Shown here: positions 31,501-43,514 of the stretch, one piece after another
Layout: each line of letters starts with the position of its first letter
How positions within the stretch are numbered: the first letter of the stretch is position 1
NCBI GenBank assembly: GCA_964035545.1
Contig: OZ037770.1
Location: 13,134,642 to 13,198,641 of the forward strand
Source: Bugula neritina
Taxonomy: Eukaryota; Animalia; Bryozoa
Length of the DNA: 64,000 nucleotides
Reading direction: 5' to 3'
The notes under the pieces: model-generated
What the model was told of the DNA's origin: nothing
Databases searched by the model: none
Seen by the model: the letters and a program-made list of their open reading frames with translations, nothing else
Made by a program: the position numbers and the translations under genes

Positions 31501-34500
31501 AAGTGAAGGCTGTCTAGAAAATAGAAGGAAGCAGGAAATTAAATAGTTCATAGTTATGAAATGTAAAAACTCTAGTGTTCTACAAAATTCAGATTTGCTA
31601 AAAGTATTGCAATAGAAGATGAAATTTGAAATGGCATGTATAATAATTATATTATAGTTATGATTTTAAATTACATGAAACGGTGTAAAGAAATGGATGG
31701 AATAATAAGAAGATACTGGTGTAGGTGCATCATGAAAACAATGCAAATAAAATAATATTGTTATTAGAGCAAATAATCATATAAGTAACCCTGTAATGTA
31801 AACTTGTAGTAATTTTCTGCAATATGAAAAAGTAACAATAGTCTAAATTTTATATTCAATTCTTAAATAATCCAGCTTCAAAAATCTATTTTTAGCAGTC
31901 AACACTGTTTTTATCATGATTATTGATTATTACATAAGATATTTTATTATTTTAATAAATACAATTAATAATATTTTTATTATATGTAAATCAGAATGGT
32001 ATACTTTTAAATTTGCTATGAGAAAAAAGCTAATTTTACATGTCTGTAGCACAAATTTTATAAGTTGAATATATTTTGTTGTATTCCTATGTATTCAAGT
32101 GCAAAATATATAATAGAGGATACGTTCATAATATATACAAACCATTGTACAGGAAAGTATTAGTATGGCCTCCTACAACGATGTCTACACCATCAACTTG
32201 TTGAGCGACTTCCAGATCCACAGAGAACCCTGCGTGACCCACAGCTATGATTATATTCACGGTTGGATCAGCCGCCTTTACAGCTGCCACTGTTTCTGTC
32301 AGCCTTGTAACCACATCGACAAACACTAGTTTACCTGTTCCACCTGTGAAAGTATATTGATCAGACAGCTCGTTGCACAGTAAAGAGATGACAACTCCTA
32401 TTTTACTTGTCACACAGTAAAGAAATGAAAACACTTGTACTTATCAAATCATTTACTAATAGAAGTCAAACAACTCTAAATAACAATATATGCTGTAACA
32501 GCTGTTGTAAGAAGGTCTGTTGATTCTACTATATATATAGCTACAAAAGCAGAATCAGATATCTAGGAATTGTCCGCCTTTGCGCCATCAGGTTGCAAAA
32601 AAATTTCCATGGTGTTTCGTTTTATTGTTGTTTACAAGTTATATTTTACCGACTGCAGTTAGATCTGGGGTGTCAACTGTAGTGTAGCCAATGATTCCTA
32701 TTCTCCGCCCACCAACTTCTCGTATGACAAACGGCTTGTAACCAACAAGTCCTGGTTCATCAGCGTTGTCTATGTTGGCGCTCAGTACGTCAAAACTGTC
32801 GGAGACATTGTGAATGAACTGCTGGAAAACTTCTAAACCCAAATCAAACTCGTGATTCCCAATGGCCTAAAAGGATGTACGTTGCATTTTGCAGCATATT
32901 TGGTGATCAAAGTAAATATGTATTTTATAAATTGATGTCTTATGTTTTGCTTATTTGCATTATAAATTTGAAATGTGTAATTTTCTGTTGTTTATTTATT
33001 TTTAATGTAATAGATGAGGTATTGTATTACAGCATTGTTACTATACAAACTCTTAGAAAAAAGCTATGAAAATATTTCAGCTAACTGGCTAATGTTTTAT
33101 TTATATATAGCTTTTACTCTCTCTGTATACTACTCAACTAGCTAGCATGTTCTGTGCATAATGAAACCATACATCATAATACGGCAAAGTTTCATTTCTC
33201 AGTAACCAGTTATGTTGAAATAACCAAATACGTCAAAATCTTTTAAGCATAAACATATATTATGTCAAACAATACAGCTGATCCAGAAAGCATAATATCA
33301 GAATACCATATAGGTAGATATGAGCAGGTATCTTATTTCATAGAAGAGTATATTATATAATATACAGTACATCATGACAATGTTATAATAACTGTAGGTA
33401 ATATAACACTCACCATTGCATCATAACCCAGCTCTTCCATTACTAGAGCTTCCGCCATCCCTCTGTACACAAAGAACCAGAATGTTCCTTGAAACTGATC
33501 TCCTCCATCTAAGAGCAGCAGATTGTCTGACGTCGAATTGATTTCTTTAATCTTAGTGGCTCTGCAACATGAACCGGTTGTAACATGACAAAGGGAATAC
33601 TCTTTGTACATGTGGTGCTGCAATATCACACCTGCAAGTACTGGTGTATTTATGTAATTCTGACAATTGAAAATATAGATCGTTTGTTTATAAGTGGTAC
33701 AGCAAGAGTTGAAGTAAACGTAGTATACTGAGAAATACAGTGTTACATATAGTATAGCATAGGATACTGAGGTGCAGTAGTAGTTTGTTATTAGTTGTCA
33801 AAATCTAGAATGATGTATTGACTATTTTGATTGTGTGCTTGTCAAACGTGCATGAAAACAATTTTAAAATTGTTATAAGAGTCAAATGTGTCATATAAAT
33901 ATGTTTGTTACTTCATCTTACTAATGTATGTAGTGTTCAAAAGCCGAAGCATCAAGTTCTAGCAGCTTATAGCTGGCATGGAAATGTATACGTGACTTGT
34001 GTGGCATTGCAATAGTATTACAATCAAGTTATAAACTGAGTGCAGATGAGGCACTGAAATACTGCACCTAACAGCTAAACTTATACTGTTTAAAGCTTTT
34101 CATGCTGACAGAGTTCATTGAAATACTTTAAAAAGTGCAAATAGAAAACAGCTGAATTCATAGTTGGTTCCTAAGCAATACTATTGATTGATGAGGTAAT
34201 GTTATGGATCAGGAAATTGAAATTGAGAAAAGCCTGTATTTTAGATTAAAATTTCAGCAAAAGAAGTTATTTTCTCATGAAAATCGAAAACCACACCCCA
34301 AACCAAAATTTTTTGCGAAAATTTAAAACTTGGACTATTGAAATTTCTCTCCATTACTGCAACGAAATATGAAGTAATTAATTTATTCCTTGAAAAATAA
34401 AATAATTTTTTTATTTTAAGATTTTATCATCAATATTACAAAAACCCCTTGCTGAGCAGAAAAAAATGAAACCCATGCTGCTTGCTTTATAAATTCAAAA

Positions 34501-37500
34501 CCAAGCATTTATACTACAATTGAAATCAATTCTAAAAAAATTCCTTTTTTCAAAAGAATTATGGCTTTAGATGAGGTTATTACTTTCACTACAGAAGATT
34601 GTTGCTCACCAGAATTGTGGTAGATTTCAGGGGAAAACTTATCTTGTTTAATATTTAGCCTGTGAATGCAGAAACGATTTACAATAATTTCTTACAATGC
34701 ATCTGAGTATACAGAGTTAATGGGAGTTCAAGCTAGCGCTAGTTGTGGAGCAATATCAATATAAGTGTGCTTTGTATGAATATGATTGCTGTGCTGAAAT
34801 TCCTACTTCATCAAATAGCAATATGTCGTCAAGATTAATAGCTTGATTTTCAATTTACTAAATCAAATGTCCATCCTGCTGTTTCAATTGTTATCTTTAT
34901 AAATCACAGTAATTGGTCCTGACAAGAGTACAGCAAGGCTTGTGTGGTAAACCATGTTCAATTTTGAAAGTCTTACCAAATGATATTTCAGTAGAACGTG
35001 GCTCCTAAAAATTTATTGCTCTTTAAACTCATTACATTTTAGAGAAGAAAGCTTGAAATGGCTTTGTGCTAGGATATGGGACTGCTGATAATTGACATCA
35101 ACTTTGTAGTACAGCTTTAAATAGCCTAAAACCAGTTCGTATTCATTCATAGCTACCCTGTGATAATTTTACAGCTGTAACATTTCTGTTTTAACAGTTT
35201 CCTTTCAACTTCTCTAAATGTTTAGTACAAGTTACATTTTATAGTTCTGCTAAGCCTAGGGCCACAGGTGCGTATTTTCGCATGCGAAAATTGAAATCAC
35301 AAGTAGCAAAGGTGTCCACTGTGCGCGTTGAGAAAACCTTCGCACTTGTCGCTCTGCATTTTCAACGCAAGTGCGAATCGTCTCTGTCGTCGTCACCTAA
35401 TTGGCTGGTAGCTATTCAGCGAGCCCAATTTCTTTATTTAGTGCTATATTCCAGTAAATTGCGTTTTATTGAAAGCGAGTGCGATTTAAAAATGAAAGCT
35501 TTATTTATCACGCATCACTGACGCTACAGTGGACGCCTTTGCTACCCGTGATTTTAATTTTCGCATGCGAAAATACGCACAGTGTGGCCCTAGGCTAAGA
35601 AGACATAAGAAATTACATACTGCTAGTTTAACTTTGCAAAGAAAAGCTACATACTTTTATAATAGGTCTAATACTGTTATATCTCATGACTATTGATTTT
35701 TTATTGAGGAAATAGCTACCAGATTATGTAATGTATTAACCTCTGTATAAATGCAATACATCGCTATATGAAGTGAAGTGCTATTATGATCCAAAATTGA
35801 ATATCTTGCATGTTAATTTTTTTGTTTTGCTCCCAGTTTGTAACATTTAACAAATTTGCCCCAAAAAGACATCATTGTTCATTGTGTTGTGTATTGCACT
35901 AAACGTTGGATGCCTTTTGGCTATCAAGTGGGCTTCTACTCAAATATCAAGTGTATATAAATTACTAATCAGCTGAAATAAGAAGCTGGTATAAAGAGAT
36001 AGACATCTATGCACTTGAGAAGTCATATAAAACAGTACAACTCGAGTGGCTGCAAGTGAATGTACAACTCAATTTACACAAATCCATCTTCTAATGAAAT
36101 AGAGGTGCAGGTTTCAAATATTGGAGTGTTGTTAATATATATAAAAGCTATCTACTACTATCACAGCTGTTTAGCACATTCTACATAAAACATGTGCTGT
36201 ATATTATAAATAATTTGTTTAATATTCAACAGGAAATTCATATATGGCAACGAGTTATTTTATTGTAGAAATTAAATCAGCTTGCTGTTGACACTAACTC
36301 AACCTAATCCCTTGATCTAAACTATTTGCCAGAAAAATTAATATAATGATGAACAGAAAGGAAATTTAAAACATAAAATGTCAGTTGTTTGGGAGATGTA
36401 TCCTGCAAGTGTTGTGAACATATTCCAAGTACAATCAGTAACCATATATCTAACACTTCATGAATGCGTGCCTTTACTGTTTTAGATAAGGTATAACCTC
36501 ACGCCCAAATAACACTTTGTAGACACCTTTATCGCGACATTTAAGTACAGTAATGGAGAAAATTCAACAGCCTAATTTTTTCAATTTTTTTAAAAGTCAT
36601 GGTTTGGGGCTTGGTTTGAAAATCCCACTATACAATGCTTATTTTGCTACATTTCTTATTTAGAACACAGGCTTCGCTCAAACTCTCCAATGGTGCACTA
36701 ACCTCTATCAGGAACTGTTTAATTTAAATAACTTATCACTAAAGCAATACAGATAACACTGTTTGCCTTTGACTAACACATGAGGAGTTACGTTATTACG
36801 ATACTAAAGTATCAAGTTACAAATAATATCATAAAGCTAGGGAAATATGCTGTAAAACTGAGAAATATGCTTGCCTATATTTTCACTAATCGAACTGTAT
36901 ACAATTAATCTTAAAGCTATTGAACTGCATATAACATAACATCTCAAATTTTTTGGGAGATTCAAGATAGATTTTATAGTTTCCAAAGTTTGTGTATGTG
37001 TTTCATAGTTAGTACACAGTAGGTACAAATTGCATAATATAATGGCTTTACTTCAGTCAAATGCTCAGTGAACAAACAATCCGATAATTAATAAAGTCTA
37101 AAGATACCATACCATGCAGTAAAACCAGCCATGCAAAAAGTACAAACACACTATTGTATAATAAAACTGATGAAGCTAGGAATGTTACAGAATCGTTAAG
37201 CTAAAAACAAGAAACCACCATTTACCGTTGCCATAGCAACTTATATAGCTGTCACCAATCACTAAGAAAAGGTGTTTTCTAGTTAACAATGTATAGACCA
37301 TAGTGTAAGATATAAAGCTGTAGATCTAGCTCAATGTTTGTACATTTTATTATCAGTATGTGTCCATGCATTACACATTAAATTACATAGTTTTGGAGTA
37401 TCAGTATTTATTACATCAGTACTGTATTACATCATTTCTCATCAAAGTTAAGGCAATGCCTCCCCCTTCGCTACCCTGTTATTATCTATCAGCTTGATAT

Positions 37501-39224
37501 CAAAAGATTTGAAATTTGCCATTAATAATGTGTTATGATTCCACCTTATCAAGATTAACTGAGTGCAGGAATATTAAGAGCAACTTTCAACCTTTGAATG
37601 AAGCAAAATCAAAACTTGAAATCTCAAAAAACTGAGGGGTTCAAAATTGTTAACTAGATTCATCCTCAGCATTCAGTGTATTTGCTGTTGCCTAACTTTG
37701 GTTGCATATATCAACTCTATTTACTAGTGGTATGCACAGTGGTTAGGGCACTGGCTTAGTAAACACAAGGTTAGTGGTTTGAATCCCAGTAAAGGCAGTT
37801 GATGGTGCTAGGAAAAGCATTCAGTCATAATTTCTCCTTTGCCACATTAGAAATCAAGTTATTATAGTCAGATGTAAAGGAGCCTTTCTACTATAAGGGT
37901 TCTCACAGGGGTGGCAACTATCAACCCACAAAGGGTTCTCACAGGGGTGGCAATTATAAACCCACAAAATCAATGAGCAATTGCTGATCTGTTACTGTAA
38001 CTGTACTGATGCATCTTCTCTAAACTTATAAATAAGATTAAATTCCTTCTAATAATATATATTACATAGTAGCTTGGAAAGTTTGGGCAGTTCATTAACC
38101 TGTATTACATATATGTATGCTGACATCAGCTTAGTACACAAATATACCAGTCACGTCTAGCATGAAAATGGCATTTTTAGATTTGTTAAAATCATGCATT
38201 GTTACAGTACCATGTTCACCATTTCCACTTCTATTATTAACTGTAAAATCAGGCATAAGTAATAATAATATACTAAGACAGTTGTTGAAGCATTACAATC
38301 ACTATACTACTACTACTGATAGTCTTATACTAATACTACGACTAGTACTACTACTGCTACTACTACTACTGCTACTATTACTACTGCTACTACTACTATT
38401 GCTACTGCTACTACTGCTACTGATACTGATACTACTGCTACTGATACTGCTACTAATACTGCTACTAATACTGCTACTAATACTGCTACTACTATATACT
38501 GCTATTGCTCTTACTGCAGCGTTAGGGCCAACAGGGCTAGTCTATGGTGCCAATGTGTGTGCAGTCAATTAGTTTTATCAATAAGCATCCCCTCACTTTT
38601 CACAAAATTTAATTTATAAACACTTTTTTAGCATTTTAAGGAAACTATAATCTCAACATGCAACTTATATATATTCAAAAAATTAAAACGCAGACTCAGA
38701 CTAACAAAGCATCTTTGCTGCTTTATGTATCTGATTGCTAGTTACTAGCTACCAGTTGGTAATTGCCAGTTACAAGTTACTAGTTAGCAGGTACTTATTA
38801 TAGTTGCTAGTTGCATTTAAGAGCAGAAATGGAGAAATTGAGATACCCTAAGCTCTTTAACTTTATCATAAAACCTTGGTTTAGGGCGCGGGTTGAACTT
38901 CTAGCGAGAACATAACTTCTTTTGCTACAATTCTAATCTAGAACACAGGCTTTCCTCCATTACTGCACCTACCTCGCTATTTGCTAGTTACCGCATGACT
39001 CACAATCAAAATAAATGGCAGCGATAAAGAATGTGTCAAACTTACAGACGGGCAGCGCCACCCACACAGTCTCCGGCTGCCGATTGAGAGCTGCTACAAA
39101 CTCCTCCGTACTTGTGAGCCTCGTCTATTCTAGAGTGGACGTCATTGGTGTGCAGGAGAGTGAGCTTGTATTCAGAGGCAAACACACTCACTACAGTCAA
39201 CAGTATTGCTATACACAACCTCAT
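28523..39224 (-). CDS. NT5E: Ecto-5'-nucleotidase (CD73/apyrase family), secreted and GPI-anchored, ~10 coding exons
   Basis: Signal peptide, then LTLLHTNDVHSR, LLLDGGDQFQGT, AIGNHEFD, IIAVGHAG, VVGGHTNTFLY, QAYTFSKYLGHL, CRVAECNFG, NSGSIRA, MPFGN, GFLQVSG, FLALGGDGY, YPTEEGRIRF, an S/T/P stalk and a hydrophobic GPI signal. Approximate exons 39224-39046, 33561-33413, 32866-32650, 32344-32142, 31413-31213, 30947-30825, 30677-30558, 30385-30231, 29553-29350, 28806-28523. Confidence 0.95.
29898..30195. repeat. (CCA)n tract (~40 units) grading into (CTA/CCA)n, intronic in NT5E
   Basis: Direct reading; explains the poly-Pro and poly-His ORFs starting at 29837 and 29886. Confidence 0.97.
34210..34360 (+). 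mobile_element. MITE family A copy
   Basis: aaattgagaaaagcctgtattttagattaaaatttcagcaaaagaagttat...ccccaaaccaa...aatttctctccattactgc. Confidence 0.65.
35254..35595. mobile_element. 342-bp Tourist/PIF-Harbinger-type MITE with ~75-bp TIRs and TAA target-site duplication
   Basis: TAA|gcctagggccacaggtgcgtattttcgcatgcgaaaatt ... aattttcgcatgcgaaaatacgcacagtgtggccctaggc|TAA. Confidence 0.9.
36545..36700 (-). mobile_element. MITE family A copy
   Basis: cagtaatggagaaaattc ... tggtttggggc ... ttttgctacatttc...tagaacacaggct...ctccaatggtgc. Confidence 0.65.
37730..37968 (+). mobile_element. tRNA-derived SINE copy with a duplicated 3' segment
   Basis: gtatgcacagtggttagggcactggcttagtaaacacaa...tttgaatcccagtaaaggc...aggaaaagcattcagtcataatt; aagggttctcacaggggtggcaa occurs twice (37895-37953). 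Confidence 0.8.
38300..38512. repeat. (CTA/CTG)n trinucleotide tract, intronic
   Basis: Direct reading; explains poly-Leu ORF 38162..38572. Confidence 0.95.
38820..38969 (-). mobile_element. MITE family A copy
   Basis: gcagaaatggagaaattgag...ggtttagggcgcgggttgaa...cataacttcttttgctaca...tagaacacaggct...ctccattactgc. Confidence 0.75.
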
Positions 39225-41177
39225 GCTGGGTGTATTATTGAGTTATATGTATATACAGCACTAGCACCTGCACCTACATACAGCCATGTGCCATCACTAT
39301 ATATATTTTTGCGCAAGATTTGGCTATAAGAAGGTGATTGGTCCTTGAGAGTTATGTTATCATATTGATAACACTTGCATGTGCTGATCTCATATAATGA
39401 GATGTTTGCTTGATTATAGAATTATTAAAAATGTTGACTAAACTGAATTTGTTTAGCAATTATACACCCAGGTGGGAGTTGCATTTCTACAAATTTTTCT
39501 GCCTGCTGACAAACACCTAGATCAAGCTCATGCGTAGTATCGTTACTAAAGATGGTGGAAGCAATTAGTACACTTTTAAGAAGTACAGAAACTTTACTTT
39601 GTGCGTGTGTGTGTGCATGCGCGTGTGTGTATGCACACATAAGTTCTTTGTTGCTGTGTGGGGTAGAGAGAAAAAAAAAGTCACTGTAGAGTATACAGGT
39701 GCTGTTTAATAGAAAATACATAAGATAAAAGATGTGGGGTTAAATTAATCAAACTATTCATATATATACATTTATTTATTTTATGATGAGCTATTTTCAA
39801 ATCGAAAAGATGCAGGCCTGCGTTAGACCCCATGCGAGCCACATCTAGTTCCAACTTCTTCATGTACGAATATTTACAATTTTACATGATGAGAAATATA
39901 TAACTATTTTAACAGATATTGCAGATGTTTTAGTTTTCATTGAGCTATTCCATGTTATGTTGTGGTCTCAAATATTTTAACCCTTTTTGCCTGTGTGTGC
40001 TAATCTGCTATAACTATATGGTAAAATCATTTTACATCTAATTAGCATTTTTTTATGTAAATAAAATATATATCCAGCAATTTCTTTTAAAGACAAGCAT
40101 TTATTTGGTTGTTAGAAAATTTGGGATTCTACTCAGTTTGCAAAAATAATTCCTACAGCACAAAAAGTTCAATGGGGCAACATATTATAAATCATCAAGC
40201 TTCATTTATACTGTGTATAACTAGGTGCCCTATTGAGCAGCTAATATAGTTAGTATGTTTCTTCAATTTACTATACAACTTATTTTTTATAAATAACACA
40301 AATATTGATATTAATTGAGAAATTGATTAAAACTTGCATAGCTAAAACAATTTTTATCTACTGAGGTTTTGGCGATACTATTTTATGTATTGCAAAATTT
40401 TATTTTGTTCAAGTGGCAATAAATGACACAATAGATTATGCCCAAATTAACCATTATTACAATTATTCATTTTATGTAAGAAAAAGTTAGGTTTCATGAC
40501 TCATGTTTAACACACTGTGATTGCAGCAGCTGCAGTTCTTTGAGGAAAACAGTAAATAGGCAGGTCTTTATTAGGCTGAGTCAAGTTTAATCCTTATAGA
40601 ATATTGCAGACTTGGAAATTCTATAGCAATGTAATTAATCCAAACTTATAGAGTTGATTAAGTCCACATTGCAACTTCCCAAGTGCAAAATATCAACATT
40701 ACTTTGCACTAAATTGATAGTTGCAAGATGCATAAGCAAGAGATTAAATTATAAATTAATTGTCACAAATTAATCTTTTTATGCAAACAATGTGATCAAT
40801 CTATTGATCTATAATTCTCAAACGGCAGTGATTGAGCCATGCACATGCATTTACTAGTAATACAATAAATTATTAAACTAACTTTTGAGATATGTTTTAT
40901 TTTTCTATGACAATAATTGACAGTTTTTTTACTAAATATATATAGTAGATTGCATATGATGACAAATGCAACAACATAACACACTCAAAATTGGCTCATT
41001 GCAATAGCATAATAACTAGCTAAACATATTTATGCTGTAAAAGAATATATATAATCGAGAAAAATAATTTAGATTACAACAGTTTTAAAAAAATAGTTAA
41101 TTAACTTGTTTTTACTGCATAAAATTTAGTCACGTCCTCTTCAAGAATTGGTTATGCCATCAGACTTAATGATATGT

Positions 41178-41776
41178 TTAAGTATGTTGCAGGCTGTCAT
41201 AATGTTCTTCAGTCCAGGCTTGCATAGCAGCATGGCCGACCTCATCTCTCAGGTTGCCAATCCTAGTTTCAGTTTTCTGAGTTTGTCGGCGCATCTATTA
41301 AAATCAGACTTTAGTTAGTAAAAAACTAATGAAAATCAACTAACCTATTTTTAGATTCAACAATGATTTAATTTATTTGGTCAATTTATTAAATAATAAT
41401 TTAAAACATTTACTTTAGTGATTGCAGACAAAGCGCCACTATAAAATCGTGCCATGCGGTCTGCATCGATCTCCACATCCCCATCTGCTGCATGATCATC
41501 AAGTGGTATGACAACTGCAGCATTAGGATTTGAAATGCTTGAAAGAATGCTGTGTACTGTATCAGAGTTGGCTGCTGGTGAATAGTTTGCTGCATGATTT
41601 GCGCGTTCATTCTGTCGATGAATAGGCAGAATATTTGCATCTGCTAAATTTCTGTTCCCTGGCTCAATCTGTTCTGCCTCATGGTCTTCGTTGTCAGATT
41701 GCATATCGTCTTCCATATCTGAAGTTATTTGCTCACCGTCATTTGCATCTTTGTTTGGTTCAGTTGGATCACCCAT
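41178..41776 (-). CDS. Small acidic protein (~159 aa) with a C-terminal helical segment, function unknown
   Basis: Coding exons 41776-41414 and 41294-41178 join in phase 0 (...ALSAITK|MRRQTQKTETRIGNLRDEVGHAAMQAWTEEHYDSLQHT*). Acceptor ttcacag just upstream of the ATG and donor cag|gtaaaa near 41948 define a 5' UTR exon. Confidence 0.7.
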
Positions 41777-43514
41777 GTTGATTTGTCCTGTGAAGCACAG
41801 ATTTGTAAGTTTAAATGAAGAGAAGGTCGGGGTTGCAAAATTTCAACAAATAGTTAGTCTGCCATTTTGTATAAATAATCACCATAGCATAAGGTCAAGG
41901 ACGTCTAAGTAGTTGCAAACAGATTGTAGGAAGACGACAGGTTTTACCTGTCTCGACGATTTCTTAGACTTGTATTAGTGTTTCCGCTATCAGTGAAAAT
42001 AATGTAACCATGCGTGGCTATAAAATTTAAGTATAATTATTTATAATAATCATAATGATTAAATTAATAATGATGAATATTAACATACCAATACTACAGT
42101 AGGATTTATTATGCCACTTGCTTTATTATTGCACTATATTAGTTTAATTATAAACCCTATGATTATCATAGTTGGGAAGTGTATTCAAAAGATTCAAAAA
42201 ATAAAAAATTAAATCATAAAATTAAATCATAAATGATATACTTACTCTTAGTCTTAGTACTTACAGTTACAGTTAGTGTTACTTAGTTGTATAGTCAGTT
42301 ATACTTATACTCTTATAGTAAATGTAATATTCATTTTGATTTTCTATTTCATTACCGGTTACCCGCAATAATGAATAAGATTTAGATTATCCTAACGCTA
42401 ATGGTTAAAGATATACTCACAAGTTTAAGTTACAGACTATGCTCATGTTGATGCTGCATTATGATTATTAAAATTATTTTCTAGTTCTAAAAATTTTCAT
42501 ATTTATATTGATAATACATCAAGTTCAACTAATTTTTAGTATTAGAGTTACTGTAAGTATAAGTGTTACACCCAGTCTTACTAGGGGTAAGTAAGCGTTT
42601 ACATGATGATAAACTTAAAATTTAACATACCAGTACCCCTAGAGAATTTTCATTTTGATTTAGTGAAACTATACTGAAAGTTGAACAATTAAAATTTTAA
42701 TTTGAAATTAATGACAAATTTAAATAAAAATTACTGATTGCATCGATTTCGATGTTACGATTACAGTTATTTTTGATTTAATTGTAACTTGGACTATAAT
42801 GCTCACTACAGACTAGTAATTTAGTACTTGTAGTTGTAGCAGTAGTTACAGAAGCAATAGCAATAGTATACAAATATACCAATTGGTGACTGTAGAAAAA
42901 TAATAGCTCACTCTAAAATGTAGCTAAATGGTAATGCAAACTTAAGGATGTTATCATTGTTATATCCCATGTTCAAGTTAATGTTACAAGTTTTGTACTA
43001 AGTTACTGCTAAGGCCCTTGCTTGATGTTAAGGCTTTGTATGTAGAGTTCTCTTTTTGTAAAGCTGACAGTATGCCAGCCATCACCCTTAGTCACTTTGA
43101 TCAATTAGCTCATTTGCACCTACTAGTATCTAGTCATCGTAACTGCTACTACTAACTACTAGTAGCTAGTTATTATAACTGCTACTAATAACTACTTGTA
43201 CTATTAGCTAGTTATCGTAACTGCTACTACTAGCTAGTCATCAAATTCTTGTTTTGTTTGTCCCATATTAATTCTAAATGTTCTATCTCATTGTATTAGC
43301 AGCATTTAACAAATTATAATGTTAAAAATGTCATTCGCGTATTGTGCATGTCATGGTAGTGTTGAATATTATATAAACGTATATCAAAAACTGTGCTTCA
43401 TTTTGTTCACCAGCTTTATTTGTTTATTTTGTTACTTTTTCAATAGAGTTAATTTTAGAATTTGTCTTATGAACCCAGCAAAGCAATAACTCAGCTGATC
43501 ATTGGTTATTAGAC

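Noticed and set aside
38162-38572. Poly-Leu membrane protein
   Set aside because: Intronic (CTA/CTG)n tract.
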